This document shows positions 1-9,191 of a stretch of 64,000 bases of DNA, piece by piece. The stretch covers positions 3,776,001 to 3,840,000 of the forward strand of contig CBDASK010000003.1 in NCBI GenBank assembly GCA_965199495.1. The letters run 5' to 3'. The translations under genes were made by a program, and so were the position numbers. The DNA is from Abditibacterium sp. Its GTDB lineage: Bacteria > Armatimonadota > Abditibacteriia > Abditibacteriales > Abditibacteriaceae. The notes beneath the pieces are model-generated. The model was not told the origin of the DNA, did no database searches, and saw only the letters and a list, made by a program, of their open reading frames with translations. Positions within the stretch are counted from its first letter, which is position 1. The number at the start of each line of letters is the position of its first letter.

Positions 1-353
1 AAATCCATCACCGCCAAGATGTTCTCGAACTTGTCAACCAAGGCAATCGAATCGCCAATGTTGAGCAATTCGGCTTCATCTTGCGTGACAGCCAAAGTAA
101 TCGGAATCGTCCACGGCAAACCGTTGGCGAGCCGTTTATTGACGACGACGTTATCGTAATCGGCGCGGCCCATGAAACCGCGCAACGGCGAAAACGCGCC
201 GTTGCCGATGAGTTCCAAATCGGACAAACGCCGGTCGGCCAGATGAATTTTGGTTAAAGTTTGCGCGCGTTGTCGCAACTCATCGGCGGCGTGGCTGCTA
301 ACAAAACGATTGACGAGTTGGCCGCCGTGCGGAGTAATTTCGGTCTGTAACAT
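1..353 (-). CDS. sat: Sulfate adenylyltransferase, N-terminal part (gene runs off the window start)
   Basis: Manual translation from ATG at 353: MLQTEITPHGGQLVNR...LSDLELIGNGAFSPLRGFM...RLANGLPWTIPITLAV, the typical Sat N-terminus. Confidence 0.92.
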   Translation of the reverse strand, partial: MLQTEITPHGGQLVNRFVSSHAADELRQRAQTLTKIHLADRRLSDLELIGNGAFSPLRGFMGRADYDNVVVNKRLANGLPWTIPITLAVTQDEAELLNIGDSIALVDKFENILAVMD

Positions 354-366
354 TTTTATAAGGGAC

Positions 367-462
367 AAGTGGCAAGGAACAGGGAACAAGGGGCGACAAA
401 GAAGCTGTTTTCGGAGAGCTAAATCGTAGACCTTGTCCCTTGTTCCCTGTTCCTTGCCACTT
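367..462. repeat. Inverted repeat built of heptamer-like units (GGAACAA/GGGACAA), family A copy 1
   Basis: 367-392 aagtggcaaggaacagggaacaaggg is the exact reverse complement of 437-462. Confidence 0.9.
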
Positions 463-955
463 AATTCAAAACCGCCAAACGTTGAATTCCGCGTTCGCGA
501 TAGGTGCGAATCGGCACGCCGTATTGTTCTTCCTGGCGGCGCAAAAGTTCGGCGAGCGTTAAGCCTTTCAACACGGTTTCGATGGCGGTTTGGAGTTCCT
601 GCCACACTTCCTGCACCGCGCACGAACCCGACGCGCCGCAACTCGCCGTGGCTGGTGATTTGGCGCCCGAATCTTCGCCCACACAAATCATCGGCTCGAA
701 GCCGCCTTCGAGCGCCACCAGGGCATCGTAAGCGGTAATATCTTCGGGCGCTTTGGCCAAGAAATAACCGCCCTGCGCGCCGCGTTTGCTTTTGATAAGT
801 CCGGCACTTTTGAGCGCGGGCACGATCTGTTCGAGATAATCGAGCGAAATCTGCTGGCGCTCCGCGATGTCGCGGAGCGAAAGCGATTGACCCTCGTCCA
901 TGCCCATCTCCATCAAAGCGCGCAACCCATATTCACCGCGTGTCGAAATTTTCAT
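461..955 (-). CDS. Rrf2-family transcriptional regulator (IscR/CymR-like)
   Basis: MKISTRGEYGLRALMEM...IAERQQISLDYLEQI...SKRGAQGGYFLA; three C-terminal Cys; directly upstream of sat. Confidence 0.92.
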   Translation of the reverse strand: MKISTRGEYGLRALMEMGMDEGQSLSLRDIAERQQISLDYLEQIVPALKSAGLIKSKRGAQGGYFLAKAPEDITAYDALVALEGGFEPMICVGEDSGAKSPATASCGASGSCAVQEVWQELQTAIETVLKGLTLAELLRRQEEQYGVPIRTYRERGIQRLAVLN

Positions 956-1042
956 ATCCTTAAGAGTAAACCCGAATCAATTCAACGGGTCGCCGCTTCG
1001 CCCGTTCCGCTCGCCCCCGCTTTTGGCGCGCCCTTTCTGCTT

Positions 1043-1384
1043 ATGACGCATTTCGTTTCCCCTCGATTAGACACCGCCGTGCAAGACCCCGAATCCGACG
1101 TTTTGACGATTCCCGAAATTATCCCCGACCTGGACGACGGCGACAGCAGCCACGGCGCCTTTCGCGTGATTCTCTACGACGACGATTGGCATCCGATTAA
1201 TCAGGTTATCGAGCAAGTGATGAAAGCCTGCGAGTGCGGCAAAATGAAAGCGATCAAAATCACGCTCGACGCCCATCGCAAAGGCCGCGCGGTTTGCTTT
1301 AAAGGCGGTCGCGGCAAATGCCACAAAGTCGCGCGCGTCTTGCGCGAAATTCGCTTGCAATGCGAAGTGGATTCGGACGATTAA
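1043..1384 (+). CDS. clpS: ATP-dependent Clp protease adaptor ClpS
   Basis: FRVILYDDDWHPINQVIEQV...AIKITLDAHRKGRAVC matches the ClpS core; start moved to ATG 1043. Confidence 0.8.
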   Translation: MTHFVSPRLDTAVQDPESDVLTIPEIIPDLDDGDSSHGAFRVILYDDDWHPINQVIEQVMKACECGKMKAIKITLDAHRKGRAVCFKGGRGKCHKVARVLREIRLQCEVDSDD

Positions 1385-1394
1385 CGTTTTCTTT

Positions 1395-1492
1395 CGTAGA
1401 GACACCGACTTGTCTTGTCTAAAACGTAAATGAATCCGCTAAATTTAGCGGGAGCTTCAACGTTTTAGACACGATAAATCGGTGTCTCTACG
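1395..1492. repeat. REP-doublet-like inverted repeat, family B copy 1
   Basis: cgtagagacaccga (1395-1408) pairs with tcggtgtctctacg (1479-1492); inner tgtctaaaacgt/acgttttagaca also pair. Confidence 0.85.
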
Positions 1493-1508
1493 CCTAAATT
1501 CAAAATTA

Positions 1509-2198
1509 ATGCCTTCAACTCTCGAACTCGCGCCCGCTATCGAAGCGAATTTGCGCGAGCTGATCGCCGATTTGCTCGATTACAACACGCGCGTCAACCT
1601 GACTTCGATTCGTGACCCCGAAGCCGCGTGGAACAAACATATCCTCGATTCGCTGCAAGGCTTAACAACGCGCCTTTTCGACGGCAATTTAAACGTCGTG
1701 GATGTCGGCGCTGGCCCCGGTTTCCCCGGTTTGCCGCTCGCCCTCGCGCGTCCGGGCGAACTGCGCCTGACCTTCATCGAATCGGTCAATAAAAAATGCG
1801 AGTTCATTCGCCAGATGAATAATAAGTTTCGTCTGGGCGCGCGCGTTTTTAACGAACGCGCCGAGATTGTAGGCCAAGATTATCGGTATCGCGCCAAGTT
1901 CGATGTCGCCACGGCGCGGGCCGTTGGCAGCTTAACCGAAGTCGCCGAATTGACGATGCCGTTTGTGGCGCCGCATGGTTACGCGGTTTTGTGGCGCGGC
2001 AAAGACGCTCCCGCCGAAGCGCGCGAGTTCAAATGGCCGCTTTCCCGTTTGGGCGGCGTGGTTCAAGACGTGATTCCCTACCAATTGCCCGATTCGGATA
2101 TGACTTATCATCTGACGATTATCCAGAAGAAATCGCCGACACCCAAAACCTTCCCGCGCGCCGTCGGCGTGCCGAAGAAAGAACCGTTGAGCAAATAA
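1509..2198 (+). CDS. rsmG: 16S rRNA m7G527 methyltransferase
   Basis: NTRVNLTSI, KHILDSL, DVGAGPGFPGLPLA, ATARAV, TPKTFPRAVGVPKKEPL. Confidence 0.95.
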   Translation: MPSTLELAPAIEANLRELIADLLDYNTRVNLTSIRDPEAAWNKHILDSLQGLTTRLFDGNLNVVDVGAGPGFPGLPLALARPGELRLTFIESVNKKCEFIRQMNNKFRLGARVFNERAEIVGQDYRYRAKFDVATARAVGSLTEVAELTMPFVAPHGYAVLWRGKDAPAEAREFKWPLSRLGGVVQDVIPYQLPDSDMTYHLTIIQKKSPTPKTFPRAVGVPKKEPLSK

Positions 2199-2231
2199 AA
2201 AAAGCGCCGTCCGAAATTATCGGGCGGCGCT
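2197..2231. terminator. Hairpin between convergent rsmG and Uma2 genes
   Basis: agcgccgtccga...tcgggcggcgct stem with adjacent A-run. Confidence 0.7.
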
Positions 2232-2241
2232 CTCATTTGTT

Positions 2242-2793
2242 TTACGCGAAAATCTCGTCAACTTCCATCGCCCAGCCGGGCAACGCATCTCCGGCGTGGC
2301 TGCTGTCGCCGCGACGAAATATCTGCGGCGCCTGTCCCGGCAGATGCAGCGTGACGACGTTTTCGCCCAACAAATCTACGTCCCACACGGCGCGCGTGCC
2401 CGCCGCGAAATAATCCGCGATTTTCTGCGCGATGGCACGCTCGGCGGCGGGGCCGTAATCGTTTTCGCTGCGCACTTCGACGGCGAAAACTGGCGCGCCT
2501 TCGACAGCGCCCATTTTTCCGTCGCGCGGCCCAAGAATATATGCGGCGTCTGCACAAAACGATTTGCGGTTAGTTAAATCAACGCGAAAGGCCACGGTGC
2601 CGCCCAATGCGCGCCCGCTTTTGGTTCGGCGGGCGTAGCGGTCGAGCGCCATCAGAATTTCTGCTTTGGCCAACGCGGGCAAAAATCCGTCGGATTCTCC
2701 GCAAACGATTTCGCCATTGACGATTTCGGCTTTGCCGTCAATTTTCATCAATTGATCGAAAAGTTCATCGTCCTTTGCAGTGCGAATCGGCAT
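2242..2793 (-). CDS. Uma2-family (PD-(D/E)XK) endonuclease-like protein
   Basis: KAEIVNGEIV, ADAAY, APVFAVEVRS, KIADYFAAGTRAVWDVD, ALPGW. Confidence 0.88.
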   Translation of the reverse strand: MPIRTAKDDELFDQLMKIDGKAEIVNGEIVCGESDGFLPALAKAEILMALDRYARRTKSGRALGGTVAFRVDLTNRKSFCADAAYILGPRDGKMGAVEGAPVFAVEVRSENDYGPAAERAIAQKIADYFAAGTRAVWDVDLLGENVVTLHLPGQAPQIFRRGDSSHAGDALPGWAMEVDEIFA

Positions 2794-2819
2794 AATGAAT
2801 CGAAGGATATAGAAGTTCG

Positions 2820-4214
2820 TTACTCAATCGTGAATGTGACCGTCGAAGAGACGGCGCGCGAGCCGTCGGGTTGAATCGCGATGAGTTGCGCGGTATGCTG
2901 ACCTTCGATGAGGCGTTCGCGCGGGACGGTGACGCGGAACGGTTGCGTGTTTTTAATCGCGATGGTTTGTCCGTCAACTTGCCAGATGAGGCCGCGCGTT
3001 TCCATGCCGAGCGGCAGTTGCGCCCACAGTTCCAGATCGCTGGTGATGACGTCGCCGTTTTTCAGGCCGCGCAGGAACGGTTCCGTTATCGTCGCGGCGA
3101 TGGCGCCGTTGGTCGCCAGAATATCTTCATCGTCGGGGCCGTGCAAAACCAAACCGTTATTGCCCAAGGTTGTGCCCGTTTTGTTGGGGGTTGCCCATTC
3201 GTTGGGATTGAAATAGACCTGACTCAAAAAATGCGGATCGGCGACCAACTGGCGATAGGTCGCGAGCATTCGGCCATCGGCGAGCAGCGAGTAATTGTTG
3301 TTGGCCAGCCCGGCGCTCACCGTATCGAAGGAAAGCCAGTTGACCGATTTAACGCGCGGATAATCGTCGCGCAGCGCCCCGTAAAAGCGCTTGGCCTTTT
3401 CGATGGCCCACTCGACGGTTTCGCTGCCGACGCCCTTGCACCAAATCGTGGCGGCGTATTCCGAAATATGAACCGGTTTACGGTCGCCATAAAGCGTGTA
3501 AACCTGCTTCAAAAAATCCACCGGGTCTTCGTTCATCGCGACCTGCGCCGGGTCGCCGTTGTGAACGTAAACCGAATAGATATTGACGCCGACCCAATCC
3601 ACCCATTCGTCGCCGGGATAAAAGTCGGGAATCAAGCGTTCGGGTTCGGCAAACGGCGTCCACACCATCGCCACGTTGGGCGCCTCTTCCTTCATCACGC
3701 GCGAGACGAGCGCGAACTTCTCTTTATAAAGCGCGATGTAATCGGTCGCCCCCGCGCCGTAACGCTTTTTGCCCCACTCGCCGTTCATCTCCGACGCCCA
3801 ACGCAGAAAGATCGGCTTTTTGGTGCGCGCCGCGTCGCGCGCCCACGCGCGCAAGTAAGCGTCATCTTTGACTTCCTGCAAACCATCGTTTGGCTCGAAC
3901 GCGATGTGCGGCGCGGCGCCGTTACGCGCGACTTTATTGAACCAATCGGCGGGAAACGGGCGCCCATAACCGACGTAGGTGAAGTAGGACGCGTGCTTTT
4001 TCTTGGTCAAATCTTCAAACGCCGGAATGTTGCCCTGAACGTTGGAATCGCGCTCGATGAACGCGCCGATATAGCAACCTTTGGCCGGTTCAAACTTGGC
4101 CAAGTTTCCCGGCGTGGCTGCTGCGCCAATGGCGGCGCGTGCCCTGCGCGGCAACGCGGCCAGAGCGGCAGCGGCGGCGGTCGAAGCGAGAAAAGCACGG
4201 CGAGTGTTCATCAT
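2820..4214 (-). CDS. Tat-exported glycoside hydrolase family 26-like protein with C-terminal Ig-like domain
   Basis: Twin-Arg signal NTRRAFL; FLRWASEMNGEW; FYPGDEWVDWVGVNIY; KPVHISEY. Confidence 0.85.
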   Translation of the reverse strand: MMNTRRAFLASTAAAAALAALPRRARAAIGAAATPGNLAKFEPAKGCYIGAFIERDSNVQGNIPAFEDLTKKKHASYFTYVGYGRPFPADWFNKVARNGAAPHIAFEPNDGLQEVKDDAYLRAWARDAARTKKPIFLRWASEMNGEWGKKRYGAGATDYIALYKEKFALVSRVMKEEAPNVAMVWTPFAEPERLIPDFYPGDEWVDWVGVNIYSVYVHNGDPAQVAMNEDPVDFLKQVYTLYGDRKPVHISEYAATIWCKGVGSETVEWAIEKAKRFYGALRDDYPRVKSVNWLSFDTVSAGLANNNYSLLADGRMLATYRQLVADPHFLSQVYFNPNEWATPNKTGTTLGNNGLVLHGPDDEDILATNGAIAATITEPFLRGLKNGDVITSDLELWAQLPLGMETRGLIWQVDGQTIAIKNTQPFRVTVPRERLIEGQHTAQLIAIQPDGSRAVSSTVTFTIE

Positions 4215-4396
4215 GTGGGCGCTTCGTTGGACGGTTGCGGGCGAAGCGGGTTGCTGTTGGGACGAGAAATCGAAACTCAGCAGGGAAATTGCGGCGCAAA
4301 AACGATTTTGCAAAGGTAAACTAAAACATTGCCAACGCTTAGTCCGGGTGAATCTTATCTGTTAAAATAATCGGGTTCTCCTACTGCTCAAAATTT

Positions 4397-6628
4397 ATGG
4401 CCGTTTCCTCTTCACCGCCTTCGCTTCACGCGCCTCCCTCCGAAACTCTCGTCGAAAAACCGATGGGCATTTCCCTGCGCGCCATCTTGCTTTCGTTGGG
4501 GCTGGCGTTTTTCTTCGGCTATATTATCCCGATTGTGGACATGAAAATGCGCAACACCTTTTTGGGTGCCACGCATCTGCCGCCGGGCGCCGTCGCCGTT
4601 CTGGTGATTTTGCTTTTGACGGTGAATCCGCTTTTGACGCTGATTTCGCGTCAAAAATCGCGCATCTCGTTGGTGTTTGGCGCGCTCATCGCCTTTGCCG
4701 CGCTGTCAGGATTTTTCTTTACGCGCGGAAATACGGGCAGCCTGTTATTCTGGCTGTTTGGCGCGGGCGCCGTGTTGATGCTATTGACGCTCGCGCTCAA
4801 TCTGGGCCGCCAACCGTTGTCGCGCAATGAGATTCTCACAGTTTATATTTCGTGTTTGTTTTCGACTTTGGCGCCCGGACACGGCGCCGAAAACGTGTTT
4901 GTCGTCAACTTGATTGGCCCATTTTATTACGCGACGCGCGAGAACAAATATCTCGATTTCATGGTGCCTTATATGAAACCGTGGATGACGCCAGCGATTG
5001 ATCCAGCCACCGGCGGTTACAGCGAGGCGCGCAAAGCGGTCATTGACGGTTGGTTCAACAATTCGGCGACGGGACAGGTGCCGTGGGGCGCGTGGCTGGT
5101 GCCGTTGTTGGTGTGGGGCAGCGCCATCGCGTTGATGTATCTCATGATGGCGTGTTTAAGCGTGATGATTCGCAAGCAGTGGGCGCAAAACGAGGCGCTG
5201 GCGTTTCCGCTTTTGCGCTTGCCGCTCGAACTGACCGAAGATGTATACAATGCTAACAACAGCGCGGTTATCGGCGGCTTTTTCCGCAATGGCCTGATGT
5301 GGATCGGGTTTGGCATCGCGGTTTTCATTCAGCTCTTGCGCGGGTTGCACGGCTATTTTCCCGATGTGCCCGATTTCCCGCTCAGCATTGATACCGCCCC
5401 GCTTTTCACCGAGGCGCCGTGGAACCAAATCGGCGGCGCGCCGGTTTTGGTGTGGCCGGTTATCGTGGGCATCACCTATCTGCTCACGGCGGAAATTTCG
5501 TTTTCGTTTTGGTTCTTTTTCTGGTTCATCAAGTTCCAACTCGTCGGCGCCTATTTGCTGGGTTACCCAACGGGCGCGTTGCCGCAACCGATTGGTGCCA
5601 TCGGCGGCAACTCCAAAGCGACTTTCACGTTTTATCAGGAAATTGGCTGTTATCTGGCCTACGTCGGCATCATCGTTTATACCGGGCGCGAGCATCTCAA
5701 ACATATCGTGCTGCGCGGATTGGGCCGCCGCCGCGCCGAGGCCGACGAGGCCAACGAAGCGATGAGTTATCCTCTGGCGTTCTGGGGTTTTGTGGTCTCG
5801 TTCGCGCTTTTGGTGGGTTGGAGCATCGCGGCGGGCCTGAGTCCGGTTTTGGCGTTTGGCATCTGGGCGCTTTATGTCGTCATTATTCTGGCGTTGACGC
5901 GCATCATCGCCGAGGCGGGCATTTTGTTCGTGCAGCAGGGCTGGGTTCCGCTCGGCACAATCGGCCAAATTTTTGGCGCCGGTCAGGGCCATTGGCTATT
6001 GGGCGCATCGTCGTTGCCCGCCGCCGCCACGATTCAGGGCGCCTTGATGACCGATTTGCGCGGATTTATCATGCCGTCGTTTATTCAGGGCTTTAAGTTG
6101 GCGCACGACCGCAAAATCGCGTTGCGCCCACTTTTGGTTTTGATGCTCGCCTGTTCGTTAATTACGATGGCAATGGGCGTTTACATGAACGTAAAGTTGG
6201 GTTACGGACAGGGTGGATTGTCGCTTGATGCTTGGTATGCGGGCGCGGCCTCGGAGATTCCCGCCAAGTCGAGCGCCAGTCTGATCAAAGGCGTAAAAGA
6301 CGCCAGCACTTGGAATTTGGTGTGGGTGGCGCTGGGCCTCGCTTTGACCTACGGCATGATGCTGGCGCGCTCGCGATTCGCTTGGTTTCCGCTCCATCCG
6401 ATTGGTCTGCTCATCGCGCAGACTTACCCGATTGCCGCCGTCTGGTTTTCAGTATTTCTGGGCTGGATGTTCAAAGTTCTCATCACCAAGTTTGGCGGCA
6501 CGGATTCCTATCGCAAAGGCGTGCCCTTGTTTTTGGGGCTGGCGCTGGGCGATGTGATGATGATGCTGTTCTGGCTGGTCATTGACGGCTGGCAGGGCAA
6601 AACCGGCCACAAACTCATGCCGGGATAA
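4397..6628 (+). CDS. Large polytopic membrane protein (DUF6785/DUF6784-like), paralog 1
   Basis: 743 aa with many hydrophobic spans; QWAQNEALAFPL, WFPLHPIG, FLGLALGD; strongly similar to 23498-25567. Family name is from recall. Confidence 0.75.
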   Translation: MAVSSSPPSLHAPPSETLVEKPMGISLRAILLSLGLAFFFGYIIPIVDMKMRNTFLGATHLPPGAVAVLVILLLTVNPLLTLISRQKSRISLVFGALIAFAALSGFFFTRGNTGSLLFWLFGAGAVLMLLTLALNLGRQPLSRNEILTVYISCLFSTLAPGHGAENVFVVNLIGPFYYATRENKYLDFMVPYMKPWMTPAIDPATGGYSEARKAVIDGWFNNSATGQVPWGAWLVPLLVWGSAIALMYLMMACLSVMIRKQWAQNEALAFPLLRLPLELTEDVYNANNSAVIGGFFRNGLMWIGFGIAVFIQLLRGLHGYFPDVPDFPLSIDTAPLFTEAPWNQIGGAPVLVWPVIVGITYLLTAEISFSFWFFFWFIKFQLVGAYLLGYPTGALPQPIGAIGGNSKATFTFYQEIGCYLAYVGIIVYTGREHLKHIVLRGLGRRRAEADEANEAMSYPLAFWGFVVSFALLVGWSIAAGLSPVLAFGIWALYVVIILALTRIIAEAGILFVQQGWVPLGTIGQIFGAGQGHWLLGASSLPAAATIQGALMTDLRGFIMPSFIQGFKLAHDRKIALRPLLVLMLACSLITMAMGVYMNVKLGYGQGGLSLDAWYAGAASEIPAKSSASLIKGVKDASTWNLVWVALGLALTYGMMLARSRFAWFPLHPIGLLIAQTYPIAAVWFSVFLGWMFKVLITKFGGTDSYRKGVPLFLGLALGDVMMMLFWLVIDGWQGKTGHKLMPG

Positions 6629-6630
6629 AT

Positions 6631-6843
6631 TGGGATAACGGATAACGGATAATGAATAACGGATGGCAGATTTCGGATTGTCATTCTGAGCGTAGAGAGG
6701 CACGAACGAAGTCGAAGAATCCACGGTGTGCGACTAAACTTTGCTTTTGTCGAAGCCGTTACGTCATGGATGCTTGCGACTTCGTTCGTGCCTCTCTACG
6801 CTCAGAATGACAATCCGAAATCTGCCATCCGTTATCCGCTATC
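6631..6843. repeat. Long inverted repeat, family C (GTCATTCTGAGCG type), flanked by GGATAAC heptamers
   Basis: Perfect 59-bp arms at 6656-6714 and 6777-6835. Confidence 0.92.
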
Positions 6844-6957
6844 TGAGATATTTTTGTCGAACCCAAGCGCCGATATTCCGTCCATCGGCGCGTTAATTCT
6901 TTTGCCAATCGCGCCGTTCGAGCGACTTTTCGCAAACCTCCGCATCTAACTTTCTCC

Positions 6958-8010
6958 ATGAAACCCTTGCTTTTCGCTCTGGCCCTGACGGGTTTACCTC
7001 TTCTGAGCAGCACTTCGATCTCTTACGCCGCACCCAAACCTGCGACGGCTCCCGCAACTCCGCCCGCTCCCAAAGCGGGCGTGGCCCCGGCACCAGCCAC
7101 GGCGACGCCGAGCAATGGCGTGGCCGCCGATGTCAATGGCGACAAAATTATGTTGGCCGATCTCAACCGGCAAATTGACGACATCAAAGCAAGCGAGCCG
7201 TCGTTGCAGACCAACTCGGCGGACGCGACTCAGGCGCTTTCCAATATTCGCTCGCAGATGCTCGACGATTTGATCGTGCGCAAACTGCTCAGTCAGGAAG
7301 CGCGCCGCCGCAATATCACCACCAAACCCGCCGATGTGGATGCTTTAATTGAGCAAACCAAGAAGCAGTTCAAAACGCCCGCCGAATTTAATGCGTGGCT
7401 GGCTGACCGAGGCGTCAGTGCTGGCGAACTGCGCACTGTTTTGACGGAAGAAGTCTCGATGGACGAATTGACCGCGCAGATCACTTCGGACGTGACGGTT
7501 TCCGATGACGACATGGCTACTTACTATCGCGCTAACCCCGACCAATTTACCGTTCAACCCGCCGTGAAAGTCCGCCACATTCTGTTGGCCGTCAACCCTT
7601 CGGCCTCGGCTGCCGACAAAGAGGCCGTGCGCAAGCGCGCGCAAAATTTGGTCGCCCAACTCAAAAAAGGCGCCGACTTCGCCACGCTCGCTAAGAGCAA
7701 TTCCGATGACATCGGCACCAAAGACGATGGCGGTCTATTGCCGATCTTCGAGCGCGGTCGCATGGAAAAACCGTTTGAAGACGCGGCGTTTGGCGGCAAA
7801 AAAGGCGACATCGTTGGCCCCATCGAAACCGGTTATGGCATGCACATCATCAAAATCGAAGAAGTTTTGCCGCAGAAAATCATCGAATTGAAAGATGTGA
7901 AAGACGATCCGCGTTTGAAAGCCCTGATTCTGCGCGCTAAAAAGCAGGACAAGTTCGATGCGTTCGTCGCCGGATTAAAGGCGAGCGCGAAAATCAATAA
8001 GTATGTGTAA
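6958..8010 (+). CDS. Exported parvulin-type peptidyl-prolyl isomerase (PrsA/SurA-like)
   Basis: Signal peptide; VKVRHIL, GADFATLAKSNSDD, GGLL, PFEDAAF, GPIETGYGMHIIK. Confidence 0.92.
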   Translation: MKPLLFALALTGLPLLSSTSISYAAPKPATAPATPPAPKAGVAPAPATATPSNGVAADVNGDKIMLADLNRQIDDIKASEPSLQTNSADATQALSNIRSQMLDDLIVRKLLSQEARRRNITTKPADVDALIEQTKKQFKTPAEFNAWLADRGVSAGELRTVLTEEVSMDELTAQITSDVTVSDDDMATYYRANPDQFTVQPAVKVRHILLAVNPSASAADKEAVRKRAQNLVAQLKKGADFATLAKSNSDDIGTKDDGGLLPIFERGRMEKPFEDAAFGGKKGDIVGPIETGYGMHIIKIEEVLPQKIIELKDVKDDPRLKALILRAKKQDKFDAFVAGLKASAKINKYV

Positions 8011-8027
8011 ATTTGGGTGTGCCAAAT

Positions 8028-8072
8028 GAAAACGCCGGGCCAATTGAAATTTGGCCCGGCGTTTTCGGTTTT
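8028..8072. terminator. Bidirectional intrinsic terminator
   Basis: gaaaacgccgggccaa...ttggcccggcgttttc between convergent genes. Confidence 0.8.
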
Positions 8073-8084
8073 TACGGCTCAAAT

Positions 8085-9113
8085 CTACCGCGCCGCCAAC
8101 GAATGTCCAGCTTTGGCGCTTTGAACCGCCAAATCCAAAATCTGAATCGGGCGCCGCGCCAACTGCGCGTCAATAACCAGAGGCGCGCCGTCCACCAAAT
8201 GGTCGCGCACGTTTTCATAATAACGCTGGCCTTCATCGGCGGGATGCGCCATTTGCGTGACGGTAAATTTGCCGTCTTTGTGTTGGTAAAGTTTGGAATT
8301 CGGGCCGTCCAAGACCAGCGTGCCTTTGGTGCCGGTAATTTCGACCCAACCGTCTTTGCCTTTGCTGTCCACAGATGTCATCGAAAGCGTCAGCCACGGG
8401 CCATTTTCAAAGCGCGCCAAAACGAACGCCTCGTCTTCGTTGGCGTCGCCTTTCCACGCGGTTTGCGGCCCCCAATGCCCGTGAAACGCCACGCCGCTCA
8501 CTTCGCTCAAAGGCGCGTCAATCAATTGCAGCGAGTATTCGAGCAGATGCACGCCCCAGTCATATAAAATACCGCCCGAAATCGTGCGGCTGGTGCGCCA
8601 CCAATCGCCGGGTTTGCCGTAGCCGCCCATGTGACATTCGATGCGCACGATGTCGCCGATAATTTTCTGATTTTTGACCAACTCCACCGCCTGCAAAATG
8701 CGGCCATCCCAGTGGCGATTGTGATACGCCGAAATCATCGTATCGGACGCCGTGGCTGCTTCGATCATCGCGTCCACTTCTTCCAGAGTAATCGCGAGCG
8801 GTTTTTCCGAAACGACGTGACGCCCGGCACGCAGACATTGCAACGCGAGCGGTGCGTGCGTGTTGTGCGGCGTAATTAGCGTGACCAAATCTACGTCCGA
8901 ATTGGCGAGCATCTCTTCAACCGTGGCGTAAGTTTCGATGCCGGGAAAGTCTTGCGTTGCCACATCCAAACGCGCGGCGTCAAGTTCGACGACGGCAAGC
9001 GGCGTCATGCCCGCCGCTTGCATTTGCTTCAAATGTTGGCGACCCATATTGAAAGCGCCGCCATAACCCACGACGCCGACGCGAATATCGGCGGGAGAAG
9101 AATAATTTTTCAT
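8085..9113 (-). CDS. Gfo/Idh/MocA-family oxidoreductase
   Basis: VGVVGYG, ITPHNTH, HVVSEKP, YHNRHWD, GGILYDWGVH. Confidence 0.92.
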   Translation of the reverse strand: MKNYSSPADIRVGVVGYGGAFNMGRQHLKQMQAAGMTPLAVVELDAARLDVATQDFPGIETYATVEEMLANSDVDLVTLITPHNTHAPLALQCLRAGRHVVSEKPLAITLEEVDAMIEAATASDTMISAYHNRHWDGRILQAVELVKNQKIIGDIVRIECHMGGYGKPGDWWRTSRTISGGILYDWGVHLLEYSLQLIDAPLSEVSGVAFHGHWGPQTAWKGDANEDEAFVLARFENGPWLTLSMTSVDSKGKDGWVEITGTKGTLVLDGPNSKLYQHKDGKFTVTQMAHPADEGQRYYENVRDHLVDGAPLVIDAQLARRPIQILDLAVQSAKAGHSLAAR

Positions 9114-9191
9114 AGAAATTTGGAGAAAAGCAGTCTAACGCGAAAATTATGCCCTCAAGCGCGAAATTTTAGTCGAATCGAACCCACCTTT

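Noticed and set aside
2871..4319. 482-aa plus-strand ORF
   Set aside because: Antisense shadow of the GH26-like gene with no protein motifs.
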